Source of the DNA: Theionarchaea archaeon
GTDB lineage: Archaea > Methanobacteriota_B > Thermococci > Methanofastidiosales > SZ-28-30
Direction of reading: 5' to 3'
Assembly (NCBI GenBank): GCA_018992685.1
Contig: JACVGT010000007.1
Span: 42,378 to 106,377, forward strand
Length of the DNA stretch: 64,000 nucleotides
The translations under genes and the position numbers were made by a program. Below, piece by piece: positions 28,562-38,955 of the stretch (its first letter is position 1; each line of letters begins with the position of its first letter). Below the pieces are notes generated by a model, which saw only the letters and a program-made list of their open reading frames with translations, did not search any database and was not told where the DNA came from.

Positions 28562-29062
28562 ATGCAACCAGGAGCGATCTATGAGGAAAAAATTGTATCA
28601 AAATGGATTATAGTTGTACTTCTTTCCATCGCGGGATCTATGCTCTTCTTATTGGCATATCAGGTTCTGATAGAACCACTTGGCTCCGAGCCTGCTCCTA
28701 ATTGGTTCTATCTGATAATGTTTCTCCTGTTTTTAGGAATTGCTTTCACCTTTGGAAGGCTGATCATAAGGATGACACCTGCCTCCATTTTTGTGGGGTT
28801 TGGACCACTTGGACACAACATCGCCTGGGACAATGTGGAGGACTGTTTCCTTGATGAGACGTCAGCCGCAAGGTATGGAGGTGCAGGTGTGCGGACGGTA
28901 AGGATTGGTGGACACTGGAGGATTATCTACAATATCGTGGAAAGTTCCCGCGTGGGCCTCTCGCTCAGAGAAGGCAGATTCAGAGATATTGTATTTTCCA
29001 CACGGCATCCTGAGGACGTCATGACAACAATCAAGGAGTGGGCGCACATTCGAGAGGAATAG
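28562..29062 (+). CDS. Two-TM membrane protein with bacterial PH-like C-terminal domain
   Basis: Two hydrophobic helices, YGGAGVR, FSTRHPE; SD GGAGG before ATG 28562. Confidence 0.7.
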   Translation: MQPGAIYEEKIVSKWIIVVLLSIAGSMLFLLAYQVLIEPLGSEPAPNWFYLIMFLLFLGIAFTFGRLIIRMTPASIFVGFGPLGHNIAWDNVEDCFLDETSAARYGGAGVRTVRIGGHWRIIYNIVESSRVGLSLREGRFRDIVFSTRHPEDVMTTIKEWAHIREE

Positions 29063-29312
29063 CCTTCGTTGGTAGGTTAAGTGGGGCTCGCTTTGGGATT
29101 CCTTGTTTCGCAATACTCATACATGAAACTCTTCTGGAGACTTCGTGAAGCAGGTGGGTTCCCCATATTCCTTTCCTGTCCCGGCCGCCTCGGATTATTG
29201 AGTTGTATGATAAAGACTGCTGAGACGATGCTACACGTGAGAAGAGATAACTCAGGTACAACAGCAGCTTGACGTCGTTCAGAATTATCCACCGTATATC
29301 GAATTTCTGTAT

Positions 29313-31673
29313 TCACTTGCGGAAGGCGACCAACACGATGGCGAAAGCACCCGCATATATGAAGGCCCCAACCAAGAACGCGTAAGAAAACCCAAATGAA
29401 AAAGCCAGTATCATCCCAATGATACTCCCCATGACAGAGCCTCCCCCGTTTACAGCATACATCCAGATAACGTCTTTTTCTACTTCCCTGGACACAATCC
29501 TCAGCCCCAGGGGAAAGGGCATCCCCATGAGCAAGTACAATGGTGACAACAGGAGAACACTGAGCACAATCTTAGTGGGGATAGGATTGGGCATGAAATA
29601 ATAGATGAGAGGAGATAACCCCACTACATAAACAAGGGCTACCAGTATTAGTATTGCCAGTACTCTCTTCACCATTTTTCTCTCATTGGAGAATCTTCCC
29701 GTTATAAAGCTCCCCAAGCCAGAGAATATCAGCATAGAAAACAAGATCACCTGGAAGGCATAGGCTGGCTGGCCCAGGAACAAGGACAACCTCTGAATGG
29801 ACACTGCTTGTATGAGTATGTACCCAATCCCCAACAAGACGAAATACCCAATAAAAGGTATTGTAATTCGGCTCTCGAATTTCAACCGTCGTTCAGCAGC
29901 TACAGGCAGTACCAGGAACAGCACGGTCAGAGCAAAGAACCCCACAAGCATGTATCTCAGAAACGATGGTGCGCTCTTCTCAGTATGGTAAAAATAGGGA
30001 TGATCATCAGTTGTGGGAGTGACATCTCTGCCTTCTGGGACGAGGCTAAGGTAGGAATCCAGGTTGACACCAGAATAGAACGGTGCATACAAACACTCGA
30101 ACTTGAATACATCAGCCTCCGGGCTGTTTATGGAAACATAGTACTCTCGTATAACGGTCTCCGCCTGAGCTGCCTTTTCCAAAATAGCATGAACACTCTG
30201 CTCATCCAGGGGGTTCTTGAAAATGAAGGTGTAGTCTGTCTGTCGATACAGGTTGGTGTAGCCCGAAGACATCACATGTCTGAAAATCATCATATGCAGT
30301 TCGGGAGAGACTCCCTCTCTCAGTAGTGCTTCTCTCGTTGTTGAAAACTGCCTCAGCAGCCGATAGCTTACCCCAGTTTCAGCATCCAGTGCATTATACT
30401 CATCCATGAGACTGGTCACCAGAATTGCGGCAATTCCATCATCCGAGAGGTGGTTCCAGTAGTCTTGATTGGCCTCCACTGTGTAGACATACGTGTCAGA
30501 AAAGGTCTGCACAATTGAGGAAGGCAAAATCAGAGCATCTGAGCCCAGAACTCCATTCTCAATGAGATCAAATGTCCTATTACATCGGTTGACATATGTT
30601 CGCCCATCCTCTACGACATACGTGACTTCTGGTCTGGAGTAGATGTCTTTTGACACATCCTTGAATTCTGAAAGCATCATCTCCATGATGACGGGATTGA
30701 TTTCCACTCCCACGACATCGGTGGAACCTGCTTGTATTGCCATGGCCAATTCGACCCCTCCACCTGATCCAATGGCCAGTATGGACTCGGGATTTTCAAA
30801 GAACATGAAGTACCTGATATCTGTTTCATTCCCTGTAAAGGGATTGTCTGATTTTAGGACAGTGACAGGATAGGACCCATTGACAATGAACTGGACCTTC
30901 CCCCATGGGAATTGGACAACATCCACTCTCGAGGTTGGGCTCCACCGGGTATACAGTATTTCAGAACCTTGTTCAACATATGCGGTCAGTGGCTTCTTGG
31001 GAACGGGTTCCATTTGGTCTTTCATGTAGAAAGCTCCTCCCACGAGAATCAGCATGACCACCATGAGGCCCGCCATTCTCCTGGAGGGTCTCTTGAAAAA
31101 GACCGATGAGACCAAGGCCACCACACTGCAGAAAATGACGACTCCTTCCACAGATAAGGTAGGCACAAGCAATGAAACCAGAAATGAGCCTGCAGCCGCT
31201 CCGACTAGATCACCGAAATAAATGTAGGAAATTTCGCGCTTGGAGGATGTGGGGTAATTCAGAGCGGAGCTCAGCACAATGCCTGCAAAGAAGAAGGGGA
31301 CAGCGGGGAGTAGAGAGAAATACATTAAGAACAGCAGACTGTCAATTGAGAGCAGTTCCAGATGGGTGAGGGAGAGCTGCTCAAAGAATTCTGTCTTGCT
31401 GGCATGCGAAATAGCGACCAGACTGATTATCATGAACAGGCTGAAGAGCAACGCTGCATAGGATAGCAGTGTGAAGTATTCTTTTCTTCTGGAGATGAAA
31501 TAGCCTAGGACACCACCAACGCCCAGTCCAAACATGGCAATTGAAACGATGATATATGAAACATTGGTCCAGAACATGAACCCAAATTGATATGATAGAG
31601 ATACTTCAAAGCATAGGCTGCCTAAAGAGAGGAAGAACACGCCTGCAATGAATATTGATAACCGTCTGTCCAT
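29313..31673 (-). CDS. Membrane-embedded spermidine-synthase-like SAM-dependent transferase
   Basis: N- and C-terminal TM bundles, ILAIGSGGG, VEINP, EDGR, TDDHPYF, MGMPFPLG. Confidence 0.85.
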   Translation of the reverse strand: MDRRLSIFIAGVFFLSLGSLCFEVSLSYQFGFMFWTNVSYIIVSIAMFGLGVGGVLGYFISRRKEYFTLLSYAALLFSLFMIISLVAISHASKTEFFEQLSLTHLELLSIDSLLFLMYFSLLPAVPFFFAGIVLSSALNYPTSSKREISYIYFGDLVGAAAGSFLVSLLVPTLSVEGVVIFCSVVALVSSVFFKRPSRRMAGLMVVMLILVGGAFYMKDQMEPVPKKPLTAYVEQGSEILYTRWSPTSRVDVVQFPWGKVQFIVNGSYPVTVLKSDNPFTGNETDIRYFMFFENPESILAIGSGGGVELAMAIQAGSTDVVGVEINPVIMEMMLSEFKDVSKDIYSRPEVTYVVEDGRTYVNRCNRTFDLIENGVLGSDALILPSSIVQTFSDTYVYTVEANQDYWNHLSDDGIAAILVTSLMDEYNALDAETGVSYRLLRQFSTTREALLREGVSPELHMMIFRHVMSSGYTNLYRQTDYTFIFKNPLDEQSVHAILEKAAQAETVIREYYVSINSPEADVFKFECLYAPFYSGVNLDSYLSLVPEGRDVTPTTDDHPYFYHTEKSAPSFLRYMLVGFFALTVLFLVLPVAAERRLKFESRITIPFIGYFVLLGIGYILIQAVSIQRLSLFLGQPAYAFQVILFSMLIFSGLGSFITGRFSNERKMVKRVLAILILVALVYVVGLSPLIYYFMPNPIPTKIVLSVLLLSPLYLLMGMPFPLGLRIVSREVEKDVIWMYAVNGGGSVMGSIIGMILAFSFGFSYAFLVGAFIYAGAFAIVLVAFRK

Positions 31674-31926
31674 GGGATTGAATTTGGGACTCCTTTATAA
31701 AGTTAGCCTTTTGCGCCCTTGGGGAGATCCGTGTTATGACTGCAAGATGAAAGTGTCGTGGACTCTTCCATGAAAGACAGAGAAAGAGAGATGTCTTTGG
31801 AGGATTCCAGCACCTGTGCTTTTCACGTCAGAGCCGGCCGCAAGGGTTGCTATACAGCGTTCAATGAGTGAAGAAATGGGCCCGGATCTGCTTCTCTATC
31901 AAAAACAAAAAAAGTGAGTCCCTGGC

Positions 31927-33456
31927 TCACTTTTTTCTAATTACTACACCTAGAAACATCAGAATGAATATCAGTGCTGTTCCGAGGCAGCCGTCAGTTC
32001 CACATTCACAACCACAGTCTCCATCAGCTGGTGGAGATACAGTGGGGTTGCTGATAATCTGCTGTACCGCAGCGTATGCATCTACACGGCCCCATCCCCA
32101 GAGGCAGTCCTTGTTGACATTGCCCTTGTCGATGGCAGTAGCACCCATGCAGTTCTTAACTTGTAAGGGCGTTGCTATACCACGGGCGTCCAGCATCAGG
32201 GCAGCGACACCCGCTATGTGCGGTGTGGCCATTGATGTACCAGACATTGAAACATCACTGCATGAGGTTCCGGCATCGGCAGCGTAGATTGATACGCCGG
32301 GAGCTGTGATGTCGGGCTTTGTTCTTCCATCAGTGGTGGGACCTCTGGAAGAGAAGCTGGCTAGAGCATCTGACTTGTCAGAAGCACCAACGGTAATGAC
32401 ATCTGTTGCATCACCGGGTGTATTGATAGTGCAGCAGGAAGAGCCCTCATTTCCAGCAGCTACAACCATTACAACACCCTCTCTCACTGCCCAGTTGCAT
32501 TCTTGGGCTATGCTGCTGGTTCCATCTCCACCCAGACTTCCGAATCCGATCACTATAATGTCCGCTCCGATGGAGACACCCCAATCGATACCAGCAATGA
32601 TATTGGAGATAGTGCCGTTTCCAGAAGAATCCAGTACCTTTCCAATCATGAGAGAAGCACCTGGTACCACACGTGAAACGACAGAGGCAACGTGAGTCCC
32701 ATGACCATTATCATCGTATGGTGTAGGATACCCATTAACAAAGTCTTTCCAAGCTACAATTTTTCCTGCGATATCACAATGAGTAGGGTCAGCACCTGTG
32801 TCGAGAATGCAGACCTTGATGCCTGAGCCATCATATCCAACAGCCCAGCAGTCGTCAACATTGATTAGCGGGATACTGTCAGCCAGCAAGGCGTGAGCAT
32901 TCCCATTGGCCTCAATGAATTCAACCAGGGGCTCTTCAGACAGAGCTCTTAGGTTAGAAACGCGAATGTCAGCTGTTGCCCCCATCCGGCTTAGAAACCG
33001 GTAGTGGATGTTGCCGAATTGACTCACTTTGCAGAAAGCATCGGGTTCTTTGAACCAGACCAATACTCTCAGAGTATCACTTGCGTTCATGGTGGCAATC
33101 ATGTCTCTCACAGACCACCTCATCTTCATTACGCTGTTTGGGACAACACTCACGTACTCGCTGGGACCGACCTTCTTGAGGTACATTTTTGGAATCTTGA
33201 GCGTCCTTTCGTCGACCCGTGTAACTGGCAATTTCTCAATATTGATTTCCTTTGCAATCGTGTTCATCACACCAGCATCAACAGAAAAAAACAGGTAGTC
33301 AGAGTCTTCACCTCTAATTTCAACTTCCAGCTTCAATACATCTCTGCCTTCGTGCCCAAAAGTCTGCACATGGAAAGTGACCTTCTCTGGAATTGCATTG
33401 ACAGTGACCAATGACATCATGAGTATGACAGCTGTGGCGAATCCCCTTCGACTCAT
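31927..33456 (-). CDS. Subtilisin-like S8 protease with C-terminal anchor
   Basis: ILDTG, HGTHVA, AAGN, SGTSMATPH; signal peptide; C-terminal GCLGT + TM helix + RKK. Confidence 0.93.
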   Translation of the reverse strand: MSRRGFATAVILMMSLVTVNAIPEKVTFHVQTFGHEGRDVLKLEVEIRGEDSDYLFFSVDAGVMNTIAKEINIEKLPVTRVDERTLKIPKMYLKKVGPSEYVSVVPNSVMKMRWSVRDMIATMNASDTLRVLVWFKEPDAFCKVSQFGNIHYRFLSRMGATADIRVSNLRALSEEPLVEFIEANGNAHALLADSIPLINVDDCWAVGYDGSGIKVCILDTGADPTHCDIAGKIVAWKDFVNGYPTPYDDNGHGTHVASVVSRVVPGASLMIGKVLDSSGNGTISNIIAGIDWGVSIGADIIVIGFGSLGGDGTSSIAQECNWAVREGVVMVVAAGNEGSSCCTINTPGDATDVITVGASDKSDALASFSSRGPTTDGRTKPDITAPGVSIYAADAGTSCSDVSMSGTSMATPHIAGVAALMLDARGIATPLQVKNCMGATAIDKGNVNKDCLWGWGRVDAYAAVQQIISNPTVSPPADGDCGCECGTDGCLGTALIFILMFLGVVIRKK

Positions 33457-33672
33457 TTTCAAATTCTCACCTCCTCTTTGATTAGTTATACACATACTTT
33501 TCCGTACACTTATAAGTATTTTGAATCAATTATTTTGCATATATGTAATTAAAGGACGATAACCTGAGAAACCACAAAACGAAGACGTTCAACGAACTCG
33601 AATGACTCCAGTGATTCGTTCTTCTGGTTCCCGCTCAGACTCAGATAGAACAACAAAAAAATAAAAGAAAAG

Positions 33673-34641
33673 TTAGTTTGAAGGAGTACACACGTTGGTG
33701 ACATCGACAATCCAGGTACCAGTATATGTACCCACTTCCTGTGGATCAGGTACAGTACCACCAAAAGTGAGTATCCGAGTAATACTGTTAGAATAGCCTA
33801 GGATTCCAGCATCTGGGATTCCTGCTTCATCCACATCTCTGTAATCATCATAAATGATTTGAGCTGCTGCAGTCAACACAGTCTGAACTGAACTTTCATC
33901 TTCAACATAGAACTGTCCCACCGGAATGGTATACGTACCTGCTATCAGGTCAGCCCCTGTGACTGAGATATCAACTTCTCCATTCGAGACCATGCTGATC
34001 ACGTTGTCATTGGTAGCTGTGAGAACTGCTCCCGGGTCTGCGCTCCCAAAATCAATGCTATTACTCTGGACTGCGAACGAGAGGAACTTGTTCACTGTGG
34101 CGTCGCCCTGCGCACTGCTGACAGTGGGATTTGCCGAGTCAGTGGCCTCGATATGATAGTGCCAGTAGTCTGTGGCAGTGGGCCGGGCAATTCCAGAAAC
34201 CTGCCAATTGAGGTCGAAGGTGACATCTTTGTTATTCGGAATGATGGTAACGTTGGTGGTTGAGACATAGCTGTTGGCGACATTCGCCGCCCAGTTTGCA
34301 CTGTTGGTGAAGTCGACGACTGCAGGGTTTGTTCCAGGGTTGGGATTTGTCCATGTCCAGGTGTAGTAGTTTCTGCCATTTCCTGAACTGTCTGAGCCAT
34401 AGTAGAGTTTGATGACAATGATGAGAATGTCTGCAAGTTTGTTACTGTCACTTACGGTGGCATTGATAGTGTATTGTACCTCGGGGTCAATTGTCAACGG
34501 TCCAACTGTGTTGTTTGTCACCTCTGGGGCTTTGTTGTTGACTGTGACTGAGATATCTACGTTCTCAGAATCCGCTGCCGTGTTTTGTATACTGAGTACA
34601 GCAATACCCACTATTGCTATGACGATGACTTTCCTGTTCAT
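33673..34641 (-). CDS. Secreted beta-rich cell-surface protein
   Basis: Signal peptide, N/T/V-rich composition, several NxT/S sequons; SD AGGTGA. Confidence 0.75.
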   Translation of the reverse strand: MNRKVIVIAIVGIAVLSIQNTAADSENVDISVTVNNKAPEVTNNTVGPLTIDPEVQYTINATVSDSNKLADILIIVIKLYYGSDSSGNGRNYYTWTWTNPNPGTNPAVVDFTNSANWAANVANSYVSTTNVTIIPNNKDVTFDLNWQVSGIARPTATDYWHYHIEATDSANPTVSSAQGDATVNKFLSFAVQSNSIDFGSADPGAVLTATNDNVISMVSNGEVDISVTGADLIAGTYTIPVGQFYVEDESSVQTVLTAAAQIIYDDYRDVDEAGIPDAGILGYSNSITRILTFGGTVPDPQEVGTYTGTWIVDVTNVCTPSN

Positions 34642-35114
34642 CTGATCACCTATCTTATGCTTTTTTAAGTTATGATATATAAAGGTATTTGTGAAAATTA
34701 CCGTTTATGAGATAATTTGTGAGAAAATGTGTGATGAAACGACTTCATGTGTGAAGCAGTGTGATTTCTATTGTACGTTCAGATAAATCCCGCGGGTTTC
34801 AGGAAAGTTCTGAGATTGCGTGCTCTTCATATCTGGATTCCTGGAGTTGAAATAGTACTCATGATGAAAGAACGTTTCAGACATGTGGACAGAGATCAGT
34901 TGGGTAAAGAATCCCTTGGCACTGGGGCATTTCGCTCCACGGATTGTTTGGGGAGCTTTCATCAGAGAGAACGGAAAGAGATCATCTTCAAGAACGCTGG
35001 AATGTCCGCTCTCGTGCTGGTATGGGTGGCAGGATGTCTGGTATGCTGTTTGTTCCCATTCTTGCAGGTCAATTCTTCCAAAAAGCTTTTAAGCCTCATT
35101 CGTGTACGAGGTTC

Positions 35115-35333
35115 ATGCCAGAGAAACCATTGGATCTTATTCATGGAAGTCTTGACAACAAGATATCAGTACAGCTCAAAGATGGAAGAGAAATCATAGG
35201 TGTCCTCGCAGGATATGACCTGGACTTTAACCTAACCATAGACAAAGCCACACTGGTGGACCAAGGCGGAAGGAAAGGTCTGGGAAAAATCGTGCTGCGG
35301 CACAACAACGTGGTGTCTATAAAGCCGTTCTAG
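35115..35333 (+). CDS. Sm-like (Lsm) RNA-binding protein, 72 aa
   Basis: PLDLI..VQLKDGREIIGVLAGYD..NL, LGKIVLR..NVVSI; TATA AAAAGCTTTTAAG upstream. Confidence 0.88.
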   Translation: MPEKPLDLIHGSLDNKISVQLKDGREIIGVLAGYDLDFNLTIDKATLVDQGGRKGLGKIVLRHNNVVSIKPF

Positions 35334-35826
35334 GGTTCTCTTGGTATGTCCCCTGGTATCCTTGTTGGGCCTTGTCAGACATTTTTGCGAAGAATAACTG
35401 CAGTAGCCGTGCATTGTGCTGTAGAGAAATACCATGAGGGTTGTAAACCACAAGCAGGGAAATACTCGCTCCATGGAATCCTGCATCCCACACTGCACTC
35501 TCTATGGTGGCACCTGACCGCAAGAGAGACGAACGCGGCCTGCCCAGAGCCACCATGTCAGAGGGGATTGTTACAATCTCGTTGAAGGTCACCCTGTAAC
35601 AGCCTGGAGGGAGGGTAACCCATTCATTGACAAAAGACATTTCCTCTGTGGAAGGCAAAACTCTTTCTTCGTTTGTGAAATCGATCCTGCCTTTACCAGT
35701 GAATTTCTCTACCCTCTTGAGTGTGAGATCAACACCATTTGGAGTGAGCTGTGTAGAAAGATCACGGAAGTGCGTAATCATTCCTTTTTCAATTAACTGG
35801 CTGAGACTGCTATCACTGAGAATCAT
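35317..35826 (-). CDS. dut: Archaeal dUTPase (dCTP deaminase/dUTPase family)
   Basis: PNGVDLT, RPRSSLLR, AVWDAGF, GYQGTYQ. Confidence 0.85.
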   Translation of the reverse strand: MILSDSSLSQLIEKGMITHFRDLSTQLTPNGVDLTLKRVEKFTGKGRIDFTNEERVLPSTEEMSFVNEWVTLPPGCYRVTFNEIVTIPSDMVALGRPRSSLLRSGATIESAVWDAGFHGASISLLVVYNPHGISLQHNARLLQLFFAKMSDKAQQGYQGTYQENPRTAL

Positions 35827-35951
35827 GGGGCTCATGTTCTGTCAGTGCTTAAAATGATTTGGTTTGAATCTCATTCCTTCCTGATGAGAACTGCAGTAAG
35901 AGATGCCATCAGTCCCACTCTGCCAGCCAGCAGAACCTCATGGTGCTGGGG

Positions 35952-37352
35952 TCATTTAGGTACTTCTGTACCTTCATCATTTCCCCCTTCCTGCAAGGAT
36001 TCAGTCACACCTCGAATCTCACAAATGTCAGAAATGGCTACGGGAGCCCCCAGCACGAGCTTTCCATACTCACCATCAAATCCGGGAGGATAAAATCCGA
36101 AGTGATCTTCCTTAACGCTGAGAAGAGCGTCCAATACATCCGAATTGATTCCCTTTAGTGTCTCTTCAAGGGAGTCTCTCTCCATGAACCAGAGCTCGCA
36201 TTCAGATCCTACTCTCTCCACTATGGTTTTATATTCCTTCAGCGCTTTCTTTGCGGTGACAGATTGTATATTCAGTCCTCGTGCCACGACCTCAACCAGG
36301 GGGATCATGTTTGTAAATTCCCTGGGTTTTTCGGTCTTATATGTTTCAATGCTCTTCATGATATTCTCCATATAGGTTACGCTGATTCTCTCTTTCATTC
36401 CTGGTTCTGCGTCCTTTTCTGACTGTTTCCTGTGCAGGGCAACCACCCGCTCAAAGACTCCTCCTGTCAGGTTCTTCGAGCAGATGGGGCATATGTGATT
36501 TCGGGGCACACATTCTGGTGAAAAAAAGCAGTATGATCCATTGTGACCTTTTCTGTCACCTCTGTGTCCCGTGAGAAAATATCGGCCTTCTGCGGGATTG
36601 AACTCAGCAGTACGTATGACATTGTCCTCCCTTATTGCCCTGACTAGATGAGAAAAAGTCAGCCTTGGCAGCCGGAATGTGGTGAACTCCCGTCCCATGC
36701 GATGCAGATGGTGGGAATGGGCATCGCTACTGGATATCCAGGTCCTCGAACTCAGTTCTGGAATCAGATGCAGTAGCGTGGGATCTGCACTCAATCCAGT
36801 CTCCACCGTAGAAATACTACGTTCGAAATCTCCAAAGAATTCGTGAAGGTAGGTAACAGGGCAATTTGACCCATAGATACCATCTGGAGTCAGTATATGA
36901 GCGGGAATCACCTCTATCTCAGGGTCAATATCTTTCAGTGTGTGGAGGCGATAGGAGACATCCCCCGGATCTTTGCACACAATGAATGGCCTTCCAATAG
37001 TGTTTCTCACACCCCAGTCCTGCAGGATTCTGCAAAACAGGTCTACTGCATCAAAAGATGGAAACAGTATTACTGTATGAACTGATTTTCTCCTGTGGCG
37101 TACCTTGGAGGTTATGATGACCTCAGTCTGAAGCACAAACGATGTAGGTCTTTCGTTGAAAGAGAATATGCCATTATCTGTCTCTCTTAGAGTTTTTTTC
37201 AAATAATCCAGCCACTGGGGGTGCAGACAATCTCCTGTTCCCACCACCGTGATTCCTTTCAACGACATCATGTCATCAATTCTGGTAAATGAGATGCTGC
37301 CCACACCACCTGCGTATCCAGAGTGAGCATGAAGATCTACATTGACCTGCAT
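35952..37352 (-). CDS. Endonuclease Q family PHP-domain nuclease
   Basis: DLHAHS, GTGDCLHP, PAHILTP, ETGLSAD, SDAHS, GREF, CPIC, GFDGEYG; start ATG 37352. Confidence 0.85.
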   Translation of the reverse strand: MQVNVDLHAHSGYAGGVGSISFTRIDDMMSLKGITVVGTGDCLHPQWLDYLKKTLRETDNGIFSFNERPTSFVLQTEVIITSKVRHRRKSVHTVILFPSFDAVDLFCRILQDWGVRNTIGRPFIVCKDPGDVSYRLHTLKDIDPEIEVIPAHILTPDGIYGSNCPVTYLHEFFGDFERSISTVETGLSADPTLLHLIPELSSRTWISSSDAHSHHLHRMGREFTTFRLPRLTFSHLVRAIREDNVIRTAEFNPAEGRYFLTGHRGDRKGHNGSYCFFSPECVPRNHICPICSKNLTGGVFERVVALHRKQSEKDAEPGMKERISVTYMENIMKSIETYKTEKPREFTNMIPLVEVVARGLNIQSVTAKKALKEYKTIVERVGSECELWFMERDSLEETLKGINSDVLDALLSVKEDHFGFYPPGFDGEYGKLVLGAPVAISDICEIRGVTESLQEGGNDEGTEVPK

Positions 37353-37425
37353 GTTCCCTGTTTGAGTGCGGTTACTTAAAGGTTGGTAGGCTCGTAATAC
37401 TGTTCGTACTGATGTATTAGAAGCC

Positions 37426-38955
37426 CTATAGTCTTCGCTTTGCTTTGTACGCAAACTGTCTCTCGTACAGTTCCCTGACCTTGTCTATTGAATCGGCATC
37501 TCCTGCTGATTTATCGTCTCTGATGTTCGTAATGCGAGCAAATCGCAGTGCGTACCCTGATGGATAGGTAGGGCTTTTCTGGATTTCATTGAAAACGACT
37601 TCAACTACTACTTTGGGTCTGACATAGACAGTATACGTATTCTCTGACACCTTCAAAGCCAGCAGAGCTACTGTGATGTCCTGAAACTGTGAATCTGTCA
37701 GTCCTTTGAACGTTTTACCAATGACAGCTCCCTCCCTCGTAGCCAGGTGATAATTACTCAACCATCCTTTTCGTCGGCCATGACCCCATTCTGCAGCCTT
37801 AATTATCAGGTCCAGCGTTTCTGTGGGCTTGATCTTGAGCCAGCTCTTGTCCCTCTTTCCCGGCACGTATGTGCTGGTCACCTGTTTGGCCATCAATCCT
37901 TCATGGCCCGCCCTCAGCGCCTGGGATAAGAATTCGTCAGCTTCTTTTGTGCTCCCGGTGATCAGCCGCTGAACCAGAAAAGGACCAGCTATCTCAGATA
38001 GCAGCGCTGTCCTCTCCAGGTAGGTCTTGTCAAGGAGAGTTTTCCCCTCAAGATAGAGGAGATCAAAAATATACAACCGCAGCGGTATCTCCTCTGTTGA
38101 AGTCCCAACATCATGGATTCTTCTGAACCGTCTCAGCACCTCCTGGAAAGGGAGAGGTTTTCCCTTTCTTTCTGCCACCACCTCACCTTCCGTAACGCTT
38201 TCTGGAAAATCTCCAACTAGTGTGACAATATCTGGTAAAGACTCTGTGACATCAGTGAGACGTCTGGAAAAGATTCTCACCTGTTGTGCATTCTTGTGAA
38301 TCTGGATTCTTGCCCCGTCCAGTTTGTATTCCAGGGCCATTTTCTGTTTGATATTCTGTATGTCGCCCATCTGAGCAAGCATAGGCTTTATAGGGCTGAA
38401 TAGCGTTATCTGTGTAGGAAGATCCTTATGAGTTAGAGCGCGCAAAGCAGTCTCTCCAAGATCGCCCAGGAGGGCATGGGAACGTTTTACCGTTTCTGAA
38501 GAGAGTCCCGCAGCCTCCGCTATGGCTTCCAAGACAATCCCCTCACTGGCTCCAATTCGCATCTCTCCAAAAAAATTCTTCAAAATGTAGGTTCTTTCCC
38601 GGTCTGAGGCTTGGCCCAGTAGGCTGGAGATAATCCTTTCTTTCTTTTTCCTCTGGGATGTCTTTGCAATCTCCTGGAAGCAGGTGTACACATCCGCGAT
38701 GGAGAGAGCTTTCTGGAACAGAGGCCGCTGCTGCGACTTCAGTGCATTCTGGACGGTCCTCCAACTGACATCTAATGTCGTGCTGGAGGACTCTGGGAAT
38801 ACCTGACCAGTGATCAACAGGACGGAAAAAGCTATCTCATCAGGGGGGACACTCCGCAGAAATTCTGACAACACGTGGACTTTCTTGAGCTTCTTACGAG
38901 TGGAGCCCACCTGCTCGCAGACACGAGCTAGTTCCGAGAATTGCACTACAGCCAC
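37426..38955 (-). CDS. lig: ATP-dependent DNA ligase
   Basis: IKPMLA, EYKLDG, FDLLY, EGLMAK, WLKIK, LRFAR. Confidence 0.95.
   Translation of the reverse strand: MAVVQFSELARVCEQVGSTRKKLKKVHVLSEFLRSVPPDEIAFSVLLITGQVFPESSSTTLDVSWRTVQNALKSQQRPLFQKALSIADVYTCFQEIAKTSQRKKKERIISSLLGQASDRERTYILKNFFGEMRIGASEGIVLEAIAEAAGLSSETVKRSHALLGDLGETALRALTHKDLPTQITLFSPIKPMLAQMGDIQNIKQKMALEYKLDGARIQIHKNAQQVRIFSRRLTDVTESLPDIVTLVGDFPESVTEGEVVAERKGKPLPFQEVLRRFRRIHDVGTSTEEIPLRLYIFDLLYLEGKTLLDKTYLERTALLSEIAGPFLVQRLITGSTKEADEFLSQALRAGHEGLMAKQVTSTYVPGKRDKSWLKIKPTETLDLIIKAAEWGHGRRKGWLSNYHLATREGAVIGKTFKGLTDSQFQDITVALLALKVSENTYTVYVRPKVVVEVVFNEIQKSPTYPSGYALRFARITNIRDDKSAGDADSIDKVRELYERQFAYKAKRRL

Noticed and set aside
29077-29316. 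79-aa ORF overlapping the stop of the membrane transferase
   Set aside because: ATGA overlap is suggestive but the sequence has no protein-like features; insufficient support
34725-34790. C/D box sRNA candidate (GTGATGA and repeated TGTGA)
   Set aside because: No proper CTGA D box at suitable spacing
34771-35199. 142-aa ORF and the long N-terminal extension of the Sm ORF
   Set aside because: They run through the Sm promoter; the real gene starts at 35115
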